Assembly: GCF_004010195.1 (NCBI RefSeq)
Contig: NC_057732.1
Location: 34,286,501-34,350,500 of the forward strand
Direction: 5' to 3'
Origin: Chiloscyllium plagiosum
Lineage: Eukaryota
Length of the DNA stretch: 64,000 nucleotides
Both the position numbers and the translations under genes were made by a program. The notes under the pieces are model-generated. The model made no database searches and was not told the DNA's origin. It was given only the letters and a program-made list of their open reading frames with translations. This document shows positions 12,501 through 23,413 of this stretch, in pieces. Each line of letters starts with the position of its first letter. Position 1 is the first letter of the stretch.

Positions 12501-15500
12501 AATGTGTGTATGTTTATTTCTATTTTGTAGACTGGCTCCAGCTGGTTGGGTTGCTGCATGATATTGGGAAAATCCTCACTGTCTGGGGGGAGCCGCAGGT
12601 AAGGAGAGCAATCCTGAGCGTGGCAAGGCTCTTTAGGAGATCTCAATGATGATTGTTGCATTTATCTCCAACAGATTGTATCTGTTACACAAAGGGGCAC
12701 AACCATAGGAACATGAGGCCATTCTAGCCATTGTTATGGGGATGTTCCACCTTTCAACTAGATCAAGGCAGATCGTTATCTTACCCTATTGGTTACTTCA
12801 ACATCTAAACTAATAAAAAGTTATCAATTGACGTTCTGAAAATTTCAATTGATCCCCAGCAGCCACGGGCCTCTTGGTGATCAAGTTCCAGATTTACACT
12901 ACACTTTGAAGAAATGTTTACATCACGTTGAATCATCGAGTTCTAATTTTAAGGTTATACCCCCTTGTTGTAAGTTCCCCTGCCAGCAGGAATAGTATTT
13001 GTCTACCTTATCAATTATTTTAATCATTTCAAATACTCAAATTAGATTACCTCAAAACTTTCTTTACACAAGTCTCTCTGAAACACCATTGCCTGCATCC
13101 TCATACCAAGTCCTCTTCCCAAATCACCCTTCTTCCCCTGACTCAAGTTTGCTCCTCCACAGATACCAACTGTAATGCACACATTTCAAAACCGATTACA
13201 CCCTACTCCTCCAGTCTCCTGCACACACTTGAAACCTGAGTCCCAGATGTCCAGCTATTATGCGATGGCAATGCAACAGTGAGTGAGAACTCTGTGCTGA
13301 GTCAAGCCTGCTTTTTGGACTATAGATGTCGTTTTCATGCTTTAACAAATTGTGATTGCTTTCTGTTCTCAGTGGTGTGTGGTTGGAGACACCTACCCAG
13401 TTGGATGCAAGTTTCGGGATTCTATTGTTTACAGGGACTCAACATTTTCAGACAATCCAGATCTTAAGGACCCTAGATACAAGTAAGTGACACTGTCCAT
13501 TATATTTTTTACTCATTGAAGTCCCTGGAGGGTTTGAGTTTTCGGGAGAGGCTGAATAGGCTGGGGCTAATCCCCCTGGAATGTTGGAGGCTGTTCGGTG
13601 ACCTTATAAGGGGCTTATAAAATTATGAGGGGCTTGGATTGGGGTGAATAGACAAGGTCTTTTGTCCCAGGGTGGAGGAGTCCAAAACTAGAGGGGAAAG
13701 ATTTACAAAGGATCTGAGGGGTAACTTTCTCACGCAGAGGGTTGTGCTCTCTGTCCTTTATTGGTTATTCTAGTCTAGCTGAAACCTGCAGTACACGGTA
13801 ACATTCAGTTTTGTGGCACAGTGGTTAGCACTGCTGCCTCGCAGCACCAGAGACCCGGGTTCAATTCCCGACTCAGGCGACTGACTGTGTGGAGTTTGCA
13901 CGTTCTCCCCGTGTCTGCGTGGGTTTCCTCTGGGTGCTCCGGTTTCCTCCCACAGTCCAAAGATGTGCAGGTTAGGTGAATTGGCCATACTAAATTGCCC
14001 GTAGTGTTAGGTAAGGGGTAAATGTAGGGGTATGGGTGGGTTTCGCTTCGGCGGGTCGGTGTGGACTTGTTGGGCCGAAGGGCCTGTTTCCACACTGTAA
14101 TCTAATCTATTCTAATCTAAAAAAAAATGTAGGTCCGGACAATGCACGGGAACCTGACGACTGCCCCTAGGTTGCATAATTAATGGGCAGTAGCTTGTAT
14201 TTTACTCTATAACTTGTAACATTCTGTATTTCGTTGAAATTGCATCGGACTTTGTTCTGAACGAACTTATAATTCCCCATGGCCATTTAATAAAAGCGAA
14301 TTAATTGCTCAAAGTCTCTTAGAGTCATAGAGATGTACAGCACAGAAACAGGCCCTTTGGTCCAACTCGTCCATGCCGACCAGCTATCCCAACCCAATCT
14401 AGTCCCACCTGCCAGCACCTGGCCCATATCCCTCCAAACCCTTCCTATTCATATACCCATCCAGATGTCCTTTAAATGTTGCAATTGTACTAGCTTCCAC
14501 CACTTCCTCTAGCAGCTCATTCCGTACACGTACCACCCTCTGAGTGAAAACATTGCCCCTTAGGTCTCTTTTATATCTTTCCCCTCTCACCCTAAACCTA
14601 TGCCCTCTAGTTCAGGACTCCCCCACCCCAGGGAAAAGACTTTGCCTAGTTACCCTATCCATGCCCCTCCTGATTTTGTAAACCTCTATAAAGTCACCCC
14701 TCAGCCTCCGACGCTCCAGGGAAAACAGCCCCAGTCTGTTCAATTTCTCCCTGTAGCTCAAATCCTCCAACCCTGGCAACATCCTTGTAAATCTTTTGTG
14801 AACCCTTTCAAGTTTCACATCTTTCCGATAGGAAGGAGACCAGAATTGTACGCAATATTCCAACAGTGGCCTAACTAATGTCCTTTACAGCCACAACATG
14901 ACCTCCCAACTCCTGTACTCAATACTCTGACCAATAAAAGAAAGCATACCAAATGCCTTCTTCACTATCCTATCTACCTGCGACTCCACTTTCAAGGAGC
15001 TATGAACCTGAACTCCAAGGTCTCTTTGTTCAGCAACTCTCCCTAGGACCTTACCATTAAGTCCTGCTAAGATTTGCTTTCCCAAAATGCAGCACCTCAC
15101 ACTCTTTGTTTCCTCGTGCTGGATCGTCCCTTCTCGCAACTTCTAACCCTCACAAGAGGGAACTCTGGCTGGAAACTAGTCTTATGCACCAACATGTATT
15201 CATCTGCTAATTCTGCTGCCCTTCTTACTTTCTGTTCCTCCACATGAATTCTTATCATCTCTGGAAGTGAGTTTTAAACTCCTCCAGCAGAATAATCTTA
15301 AGAGCTTTATAGGTCCTACCTAGCTTTAAAGCCCGCCCATGTTTAAATCTACTAGGCTTTTTCATACCCCAAATCTACTAAACCTGGCCAAATCTCAGAG
15401 TGGATCTGTCCAAACGATTCAAATTGCAGATGAAAGGCCCCAAACTGTTATGACATGGGGTTAAACCCCTCTGCTAATTTAAACCAGCCACACAGAAAAG

Positions 15501-18500
15501 ATTCACCCAATGCTGTAATCTGTTAAAATTTGAGAGGCAAAGGCTTATCCCAGAGGTCCATATTTAAAGTAAAAATTAACAACTTTATTCTTTAAGTCCA
15601 ACAAAGAATATTAAAACCAACAACTATTTACAACTTCTTTCTCTTAAACTTATCTTTTATCTCCCACTCTATAATACTAGTCCGATAAAAAATCCCGATT
15701 GAGATTTACAAAAACAAATTCAACTTTCAAAACCAGCCAACTGTCGAATCTTCTCTTTGTATCTTCCTCTGCAGATTTTCCTCTGTTGTCTTTTCGATGT
15801 TCTGCTGCACAGACTCCTTATAGCCAGGTACCTTTCAGAGAGCTGTTCTGCAGGCAGTCTGTACTTGTTGGTGGCTTGGCAGTTCTCCTGACTTTTGTTT
15901 GAAACAATTTGGCACAAGATTAGATTTCCTACAGTATGGAAACAGGACCTTCGGCCAACAAATCCACACCGACCCTCCGAAGAGTAACCTCCCCAGACCC
16001 ATTCCTCATATTTACCCCTGACCAATGCACCTAACACTATGGGCAATTTAGCATGGCCAATTCACCTAAACTGCACATTGTTGGATTGTGGGAGGAAACT
16101 GGAGCACCTGGAGGAAACCCACCCTGACATCGGGAGAATATGCAAACTCCACACAGGCAGTTGCCCATGGCTGGAATCAAACCTGAGTCATTGGCGCTGT
16201 GAGGCAGCAGTGCTAACCACTGAGCCACTGTGCTGCCAAGGTTTTATTTTCCCTAACAGGTAACTTTTTTATGCAGAGGGTGGTGCATGTATGCTGCACA
16301 GTAAGTGGTGGAAGCAGGTACAATTCCAACATTTAAAAGGATCTGGACAGGTATATGAATAGGAAGAGTTTAGAGGGATATGGGCCAAATGGGACTAAAT
16401 CAGATTAGGATGTCTGGTCGGCGTGGACAAATTGGACTGAAGTGTTCGTTTCCATGCTGTATGATCTTATGAGTTAAATCTCGCCACCGTTAAGCACCAC
16501 TGAGGAAACCAGACAAGCATCTGATCTGACTCAGAACCATTTCACCCTCTGATCCATTATAGCCTGCAAGAAAATCAATGCACAGCAAAGTGATTGTCTT
16601 TTGACTGGCCTCTGAAATGACCAGCCCCTCAGCTGTACCAAAACCACTACAGAGAAGTCAAAACCAGATCAACTGTGGTTGTTAAGAGGAAGCAGCTCAT
16701 TACCATCTTCCCAAAGGCAATTAGGTATTGGTGACAGATGCTAGCCTTGTCAGCAATGCCCACATCCCACGAAATACTAAAACCAAAACTTTCACCCTCT
16801 CTTATTCCTTAACATATAACTCTACGACCACGTTTCATTTGTGTCCTAATCTCTTCTAATGTAGCTCTCAAGCAGCTAAAGATTAAATTAATAAAAATGA
16901 AGCCAAAGAGGGGTACTGATTGAAGACACATGTTTGGAGAGTTATGGTATTAACATCACCTATTGTTCTCTGTACACAATAATAAGACTTTTATAAGAAA
17001 TACACTTAACTCCAAGATCCAACAGTTGCTATGGAACAATGACAGGAAACATACCATATGGCATCTTCATGATATTCCTGTATTTTGGCAACATATTAAG
17101 CATGTCACCCTGTCCAGGTGGAAATGGACAAGGATTGATATGTCTTAGACGATGCTATCTGCTTTGTTACAAGTTCCCCAAATGATTTAGTTATGTATTT
17201 TTCAGCTCGCTTTATGGGATGTACGAACCTAACTGTGGGTTGGACAAAGTACTGATGTCATGGGGACATGATGGTAAGCAGCGATTGGGAGTCCAATGTT
17301 GTGACTGAAGATGGGAGATTTTTAAGGAAACTGCGTGCCTGTTTTACCACTTGAAAACTGAATGTAGAAGGGGCAATGTTCATGCTAACTCTGTAAGAAT
17401 ACAGATGGATAAGTGTCAAAGCATCAGAATTTATAGAGGTGATGCACATTGATCTAGGGGACTAAGCAGATTGTTGTACGTGGGAACGTAGGTCTTAGGA
17501 GCAGGCCATTTGGCTGAAAGTGAATTGTGGAACAGGCTCTAAAACCATAGGTGACCTAGTTATGGTCTCAGCTCCACTTTCCTGTCTGCATGCCATAACC
17601 TGGATTTGTCAAAATCCATCTGACGTAACCTTAAATAAACAGAAATATCCAGTGTCTTACTACCTTGTGGGGAAGAGAATACTATACTGTAATGACACAA
17701 AGAAAAAAATTCTCTTATCTATTTAAAGAAAGATCTTTTGCTTGTAATCTCTTTTCCATAGTATTAGTCTCCTGCATAAGAGGAACTATCCTCTGGATAT
17801 CCAATCTATCCAGCTCCCTCTCGACCTTAAATGCATCAATAATATCACTTTTCATTCTTCTAAACTCTAATGGGTACTGGCTTAAACTATTCAAACTGTC
17901 TTCACAAGATAAGGCCTTCATCCACGAAATGTGTTGAGTGAAACCTACCCAAACTATTTTTAATAATTATCTTTTTCTAAATTAGATTAAAAACTGTACA
18001 CTGAATTCCAGATATGGTCCCATCAAGACCATGTACAGCTGCAGTAAAACTTCCCCTTTGTGTTCCATTTCTCTTGTAATAAATACAGACATTCCCCTTG
18101 TTTTCTCTATCACTTGCTGTAACTGTATACTTACTTCATGCACCAAGACATGCAGATCCCCCAACAGCATAGGTCTGCAATTTTTCTCCATTTACATTGG
18201 ACATTGTTTTTCAGATATTTCTGCTAAAATTGCAAAGTTCACATTTATCTACATTATCTCTCTCCAAATTTTTGCCAGGTCTATATCCCTTTGTACATTC
18301 TCCACTTCCTCTTGACAACTTACTTTCCCAATTCTCAGGTGTCATCAGTAAATTTCAAATCCATACATTCAGTTCCATTATGCAAATCTTTGCAAAATAG
18401 TTCAGGATGCAGTACTAATTCCTCTTGCATTTTACTAGTTGCAGCTTGCTAATCTAAAAAAAAATTAATTTACCCCTATGGGTAGCTAACATAGAAGCTA

Positions 18501-20576
18501 AACGAAAGAAGTGTTTTTCATTGTGCAATAACTATAAAATATTTTGCAGTGGGAAACAATGAAATGGTCAGTGAATTAGTTAACAAGGGAGACACATTGA
18601 CAATTATCACCAGTCACTGAAACCCTTAATAGTTAGAGAAAAACAGAACTCTAACAGGGTCACAGTTTGAAGATTATCATTGGGGGGAAAGGATTAGTTA
18701 GGTTTTCAAAACAGAGGAGTATCAGCTGGAATGACTTACTGAAAGACTAACAACATTTAAAACAGTTTACATGATTTAATTGGATAAGGATTTCAGAAAG
18801 AAGGATATGAACAGATATGCTGCAGAACAGGAAAATGAGATTGGTAGGTAGTTCCAGCAGAGGGGGCTAGGATCATCACCATAAGCACAATGAGTCAGAG
18901 AATTTACAACCTTTAAGGAGGGGCTCTTCTGCCACATTGGTAGTGTCTCTACTTCCTCTGAGCTAGGAGGTCCTGTGTTCAACCTGGAGGTTTTTAATAA
19001 CATTTTTGAACAGATTGATTAGAAAATAGCCACAATCTTTGAGGCTGCTATGAGTTCACTCGAGTGGACCTTACCTTCAGTTACTGGTCTAAGAATCCAA
19101 AGAGGAAAACCTGGGACAAAATTTTGTTTTAAGGCTGTAATAACTGAAAGAAAATGAGTTTCCTGAAAGTGGGTTTGGCAAAGACTCAAAACAGGTGGAC
19201 TGTGTTGCACTCACCATCACACCTTAATATATTATGTGTTTGTAGGAGGGCAAGAAAGTGAGAAAAAAACAAATGAAACAAAAAAAACCTTTTTAAAACC
19301 TTGTTAAATGTGATGATCTGAGTTCCAGGGCTACTTCCTGAGATTTAACTTGGACCTTTCTCTTGTAGAATATCTGTACAATGTGCTGAAAACTAATGGG
19401 TGCAAACTTCCTGAAGAGGTAAGTCTAAAAGCCTTTGTATTTCTTCTCTGAGCTTAGATCTGGATCACTGCTCACCACAAATGCATGATCTTCCAGGCAG
19501 TCATAGCTCAGGGGTACAACAGTTATGTCATGGGTTTAAGTCTTATTGCAGTGACTTGAACACAAAATCCAGGATGAACTCCTGGGTGACAGTACAACGG
19601 GAGTGCCCCTCTGCTGGAATAGTAGTGTTGTAGGAGCATATGTTACAAAGGGCAGCACTGCCTGAGCAACTTTCAGAGGGGCAATGCTGGAGAAAGCACC
19701 AGTTGATGGGAAGGTGAAATTATAGGGAAGAAGTCAAGGGTAAAATCTAAAGATTATATTGGTATCAATAAACATTTGATGCTGTCTGTGCGTGTGTCTA
19801 TCTGTCCATGTTTGTATGTTTGGTGCAGGGACTGTATATGGTCCGCTTCCATTCATTCTACCCCTGGCACACAGAGGGAGATTACATGCATCTTTGTAAC
19901 AGCAAAGACCTGCAAATGCTTCAATGGGTTAAAGAATTTAAGTAAGTTCATTAAAAATTCTCAAGCTATTCTAATCAAAACTCTGTTAAACTTTCTTTGA
20001 AGTTTCAGTAAAACTTTTAATTCTGTGTCACACAATCAAAAGCATGGGGAACATAAATGTCTGAAGCAGGTTAAAAATCAGTAAACTAGGCTGTGTCAAT
20101 ACAACAAAGAGTCAATGGGAAAACTGTGGAAACCATTAGGGAATAACACTTTTGTCGATGTTGTAGCTACTGGAATATGTAACTGGTTTTAGTGCTCATG
20201 ACTGTTCCTGAGCTGAGTGTTCGAGGTTGTGTCACTATGGAAGTGACAGCATTGGGAACAACTTATGAAGATGGTTTGGTGATTTTCAACTGATGTTTAA
20301 AGTGGAAAATCAAAGAAAATGAGATATGGAGTAGTCTCCCAGAACAAAAACTAACTGGAACAATTCAAATGGGAGGGTTGTAATAGGAGAGACTGTTATT
20401 GGAAGGGGTGGATTTTCCATGTTGTTATGCTTGCTGCCAGCCTAACCACACCTTTCTGTGTTTGCAGCAAATTTGATCTGTACACCAAGTGTGATGACTT
20501 GCCTGATGTGAAGACATTGCAGCCCTACTATCAGAAACTAATTGATAAGTATTGTCCAGGGAAACTGCGCTGGTAA
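6528..20576 (+). CDS. MIOX: myo-inositol oxygenase, whole gene, 10 coding exons, 879 nt / 292 aa
   Basis: Exons 6528-6551, 7848-7940, 9408-9488, 11602-11764, 12531-12598, 13373-13482, 17206-17273, 19369-19418, 19829-19941, 20468-20576 splice in frame at GT-AG. The product has the MIOX motifs [50 protein letters not shown] and ends YCPGKLRW*. Confidence 0.96.
7848..7940 (+). CDS. MIOX: MIOX exon 2 (NLKLTEPS...[10 protein letters not shown])
   Basis: ttgcag acceptor, AAG|GTGAGT donor. YRNF corresponds to the conserved FRNY motif. Confidence 0.8.
8149..8605 (-). mobile_element. PLE 3' end with inverted pLTR piece, MIOX intron 2
   Basis: Minus strand encodes [17 protein letters not shown] (PLE GIY-YIG C-terminus). 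Hammerhead core 8245-8272 (-). Inverted arm 8541-8605. Degenerate TSD at 8138 / 8606. Confidence 0.85.
8800..9270. repeat. G-rich minisatellite (about 39-bp unit gcagtgttggattgggatcagtcagggaggggg) around an N gap
   Basis: Visible tandem copies at 8890-9125, gap 9126-9199. Confidence 0.8.
9408..9488 (+). CDS. MIOX: MIOX exon 3 ([27 protein letters not shown])
   Basis: ttcag acceptor, gtgagt donor, 81 nt, clear MIOX similarity. Confidence 0.95.
11602..11764 (+). CDS. MIOX: MIOX exon 4 ([17 protein letters not shown]...VYPDL)
   Basis: tttag acceptor, gtaaac donor, 163 nt, DESDPD motif. Confidence 0.96.
11960..12129 (-). mobile_element. palindromic PLE-derived short element (family of 4949), MIOX intron 4
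   Basis: 60-bp arms 11996-12055 / 12070-12129. Perfect 12-bp TSD gttagaaacaag at 11948 / 12130. Confidence 0.88.
12531..12598 (+). CDS. MIOX: MIOX exon 5 ([23 protein letters not shown])
   Basis: tgtag acceptor, gtaagg donor, 68 nt, HD metal-binding motif. Confidence 0.96.
13373..13482 (+). CDS. MIOX: MIOX exon 6 ([12 protein letters not shown]...DPRY)
   Basis: ctcag acceptor, gtaagt donor, 110 nt. Confidence 0.96.
13813..14120 (+). mobile_element. tRNA-derived SINE (HE1/V-SINE-like)
   Basis: A box tggcacagtggttagc, B box gggttcaattccc, central gtgtggagtttgcacgttctcccc core, (taatc)n tail. Confidence 0.85.
14320..15101 (-). mobile_element. CR1 LINE 3' fragment
   Basis: [15 protein letters not shown]...[15 protein letters not shown]. 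Confidence 0.9.
15920..16237 (-). mobile_element. tRNA-derived SINE (HE1-like)
   Basis: Reverse complement of the 13813 family. Confidence 0.85.
16255..16475 (+). mobile_element. CR1 3' tail
   Basis: Matches the 3' ends of the CR1 copies at 14320 and 29403. Confidence 0.75.
17206..17273 (+). CDS. MIOX: MIOX exon 7 ([22 protein letters not shown])
   Basis: ttcag acceptor, gtaagc donor, 68 nt. Confidence 0.96.
17480..18430 (-). mobile_element. old CR1 LINE 3' fragment
   Basis: [30 protein letters not shown]. Confidence 0.75.
19369..19418 (+). CDS. MIOX: MIOX exon 8 ([17 protein letters not shown])
   Basis: tgtag acceptor, gtaagt donor, 50 nt. Confidence 0.95.
19829..19941 (+). CDS. MIOX: MIOX exon 9 ([14 protein letters not shown]...WVKEF)
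   Basis: tgcag acceptor, gtaagt donor, 113 nt. Confidence 0.96.
20468..20576 (+). CDS. MIOX: MIOX exon 10 (KFDLYTK...CPGKLRW*)
   Basis: tgcag acceptor, TAA at 20574-20576. Confidence 0.96.
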
Positions 20577-21216
20577 CCAGCAGAATGTATTCAACATCAA
20601 ATCAGTGCCGTAGTCTTGGATCAACGGCTTCAGAACCAGAATAAGTTTTGCAAATTGGCTAAAATGATGACTTTCACTCAAAATAGCTGTTGAACCTGAA
20701 TCAAACACTTTACTATGTAAAGCTGGATTCCAACTTCAGGACAGGATCTATCGATTTAATCTGAGTATGAATTCTATGGATCAGACACACATCCCATTGA
20801 TCTATACGTTCTAATTTTAAATAACTGTTCTGTGCACCTGTAATCCATCCTGTGGAGTGTTCCAATGCTGTTGTAATAGAGAATGAATCACATCCAGTTA
20901 TTCTGTTTTTCACAACATCACTGCTGGACTCACTATCAAATCTTACACAAGCTTTTGGATGTGTTTGAGGCCTTGAAGTTAAATATATTTCATATTAGTA
21001 ATAGTGATTTAAAAAAAAAATCTGAATTTAGTGGGTTACAGTGGAGGAGTTGGATAAACTGGGGGTACACCACTTTGTCTCAGACAAATACCCCTGTTTT
21101 AAATAGTTTAGGTGAGCAAGTTACACCTGTTAACACTACAACAGTTGTTTAGGCAATGGGTCAACAGCCTTAGTCTGTGACTGCTACAGCCCAGGGAAAC
21201 ACAGACTCAAGACAGA

Positions 21217-21222
21217 AATAAA
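21217..21222 (+). terminator. candidate MIOX polyadenylation signal (alternative at 21490)
   Basis: First AATAAA I found downstream of the MIOX stop codon. Confidence 0.4.
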
Positions 21223-21410
21223 CACTTGAGTGAAGACTACAAGGATGTTTCCTGGTCTCCTTCAGTGTAGAGGAATTAGCAAGGGTAAAATGCAAACAGC
21301 TAGGGAACAAGCTTTAGAATAATTAACAGCAGGTGGAGAATAGGCCAATCCAGAGCAGAGGGTTAGAGGCAGTTTGCTAAACAGCAGTTCCAGTTTGACA
21401 GAACAAACTT

Positions 21411-21482
21411 CAACTATCCTGTTGTGTCTATGGGTATTGTAACAACTATCCTGTTGTGTCTATGGGTATTGTAACAACTATC
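21411..21482. repeat. 32-bp tandem repeat, about 2.2 copies
   Basis: caactatcctgttgtgtctatgggtattgtaa repeated exactly. Confidence 0.95.
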
Positions 21483-21889
21483 GTTAATCAATAAACACAA
21501 TAGTACTGAAATTAGGGCCACTTGCAGTTATTAATTTTAGTATCTTCACCAAAGTTTTGATTGTTACACAAAGCTTCTCGACAAATAGAATGTTGTATCA
21601 TTCCTTCATATCATAGATGTTGTGTCGCAGAGTATAAGGGAACGAGAAATTCATCATTGAAGTACTGATGCAATGTCATACTGTACATGACATTGAAGAT
21701 TCTGTCTTACACATTATTTCATTCAGCTTGAGCTCCTCAGTTTGATGCATGTTAGGATTCCAAACACCCAATATCTATTCTAGGAACTTGCACTCAAACT
21801 CTGTGTTTAAAGAAAATTTACATATAATATTGTACAAAACAAGAATCTATGGAGTTCCAACATCACTGGAATATTTTGAGCAGGGAAAT

Positions 21890-21895
21890 TTTATT
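21890..21895 (-). terminator. candidate LMF2 polyadenylation signal
   Basis: AATAAA on the minus strand about 1.2 kb past the LMF2 stop codon. Confidence 0.45.
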
Positions 21896-23083
21896 GCAGA
21901 AGTGAGAATTTTGACAATTCCTCTTAACACAGCATCATGGACAAATTACAAATTAAATTGGGACCAAGGCAACAGCAAGAGCCCATTAAATACCACAAAA
22001 GTTAAGCTACCATTTCACCAGGAATCAGCAGTTAAAAACTGTAACATGCTGACTCATAGTGGGTGCAGGGTGACACGTGGTTGGAATGAGGAGTGAGAAA
22101 CTTGCAAGTCCAGTCAGATGTGAGTGAGAATCCATGATTCGAACACCATGGAATCAGATGGGTTTTGTGGTGAGTTACTAACAACTAGAGGCAGAACTGC
22201 ATCACAGCAACCTTTCCTGAGCCAGACTGCTGGACATTTGGATACAGAATGTGATGTCACTTTGAAGCAGACATTGGTGAATTATCAATTCACAAAGGTT
22301 TAATAGTGGCCTGATAGAAGGACTAAAGCATAACTTTGGAATATATTAACACAATCCTTGTCAGTGGAAGGCTTGCAACCATGGACAAGAGAAGACATTG
22401 TCAAGATGGGAAGAGACTCTTAAAATCTCCTCAATATACAAAAAGCAGCCAGTTTACCAACCAAAGTACAGAAGGAGCTCTCAAGCATGAAATACTGAAC
22501 CCCATTACACACACTACCAGATCAGTGAAACTTGGGCACTTTGGATCCAATAACTCAAGGCATATCTGTACAATAATCTGTAGATTGTGCTAGTGAATTC
22601 TAGTGGTCACCAAGTTAAATACTTCAATTAAATACACAACTTAGTGTAAATAGATAATAAAGTTAGACACAGCACTTGTTAGCCCACAGTTGAAAACTAT
22701 GTGCAGTCTGGTTGTCCATTACAGAAAATACATTAAAGCCACAGAGCAAACAGTGTATATTCTTCATGATTTCAAGAATGTGAACTAAAGCTTTGAGGAG
22801 ATACTTGAAACTGGCACTGTTCCTAATGGAGCACAGAAGGCTCAGAGGAGATTTAGTAAAGTTTTCCTTTTAAATAACCAGTCTGCTTCTACCTCAGACA
22901 TTTAGATCCTAAGCAAGTGGCACCCTAGGATCAGATGGGATCATGTCCATCATTTGGCAGGTGTAACATGCAGTCTGGCAAAGAGCCTCTCTCATTCCCA
23001 AATGAGCCACAGCAGAAATGTGAGGGAGAGAGTTAGATATAATAGAAAAATATAAATCAGTTTTAAAAAAAAGACTCTTGTGA

Positions 23084-23413
23084 TTACTTTCTTCTGCGAA
23101 CATTCTCTAGTGGCTGTTCCTCAGCAGGTGGCCGCATTTTACCCTCTGATCGTCGAAATTCCTTCCACCTCCCATCAGCATCCACCTCCTCACCACCACT
23201 CACATTCTTTCCCTCGCGTCTCCTTGAACCTGGCTTCAATGGGCTCCCTTCGTCTTTGCGATTTGTCAGTGCCTTGAGCAAGGAGATGAACAACACAGCA
23301 AGATACAGTCCCCAAATCACCTGCTCCCCAGAGTAGGGCTCCACCTGTTCACGGGTTAGTTTCAGGATGGTTGGCAAAACATCCTTCACAGCCCGTTTGG
23401 GCTGCACTTTGTC
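23084..23413 (-). CDS. LMF2: LMF2 last exon (DKVQPKR...NVRRRK*)
   Basis: AG acceptor, one hydrophobic segment and a basic tail as in LMF2, stop at 23086-23084. Confidence 0.9.
   Translation of the reverse strand, partial: DKVQPKRAVKDVLPTILKLTREQVEPYSGEQVIWGLYLAVLFISLLKALTNRKDEGSPLKPGSRRREGKNVSGGEEVDADGRWKEFRRSEGKMRPPAEEQPLENVRRRK

Noticed and set aside
13813-13885. tRNA-like sequences with A and B boxes (also at 16237, 43797, 45988, 59921, 60554)
   Set aside because: SINE heads followed by SINE body and tail, not tRNA genes.
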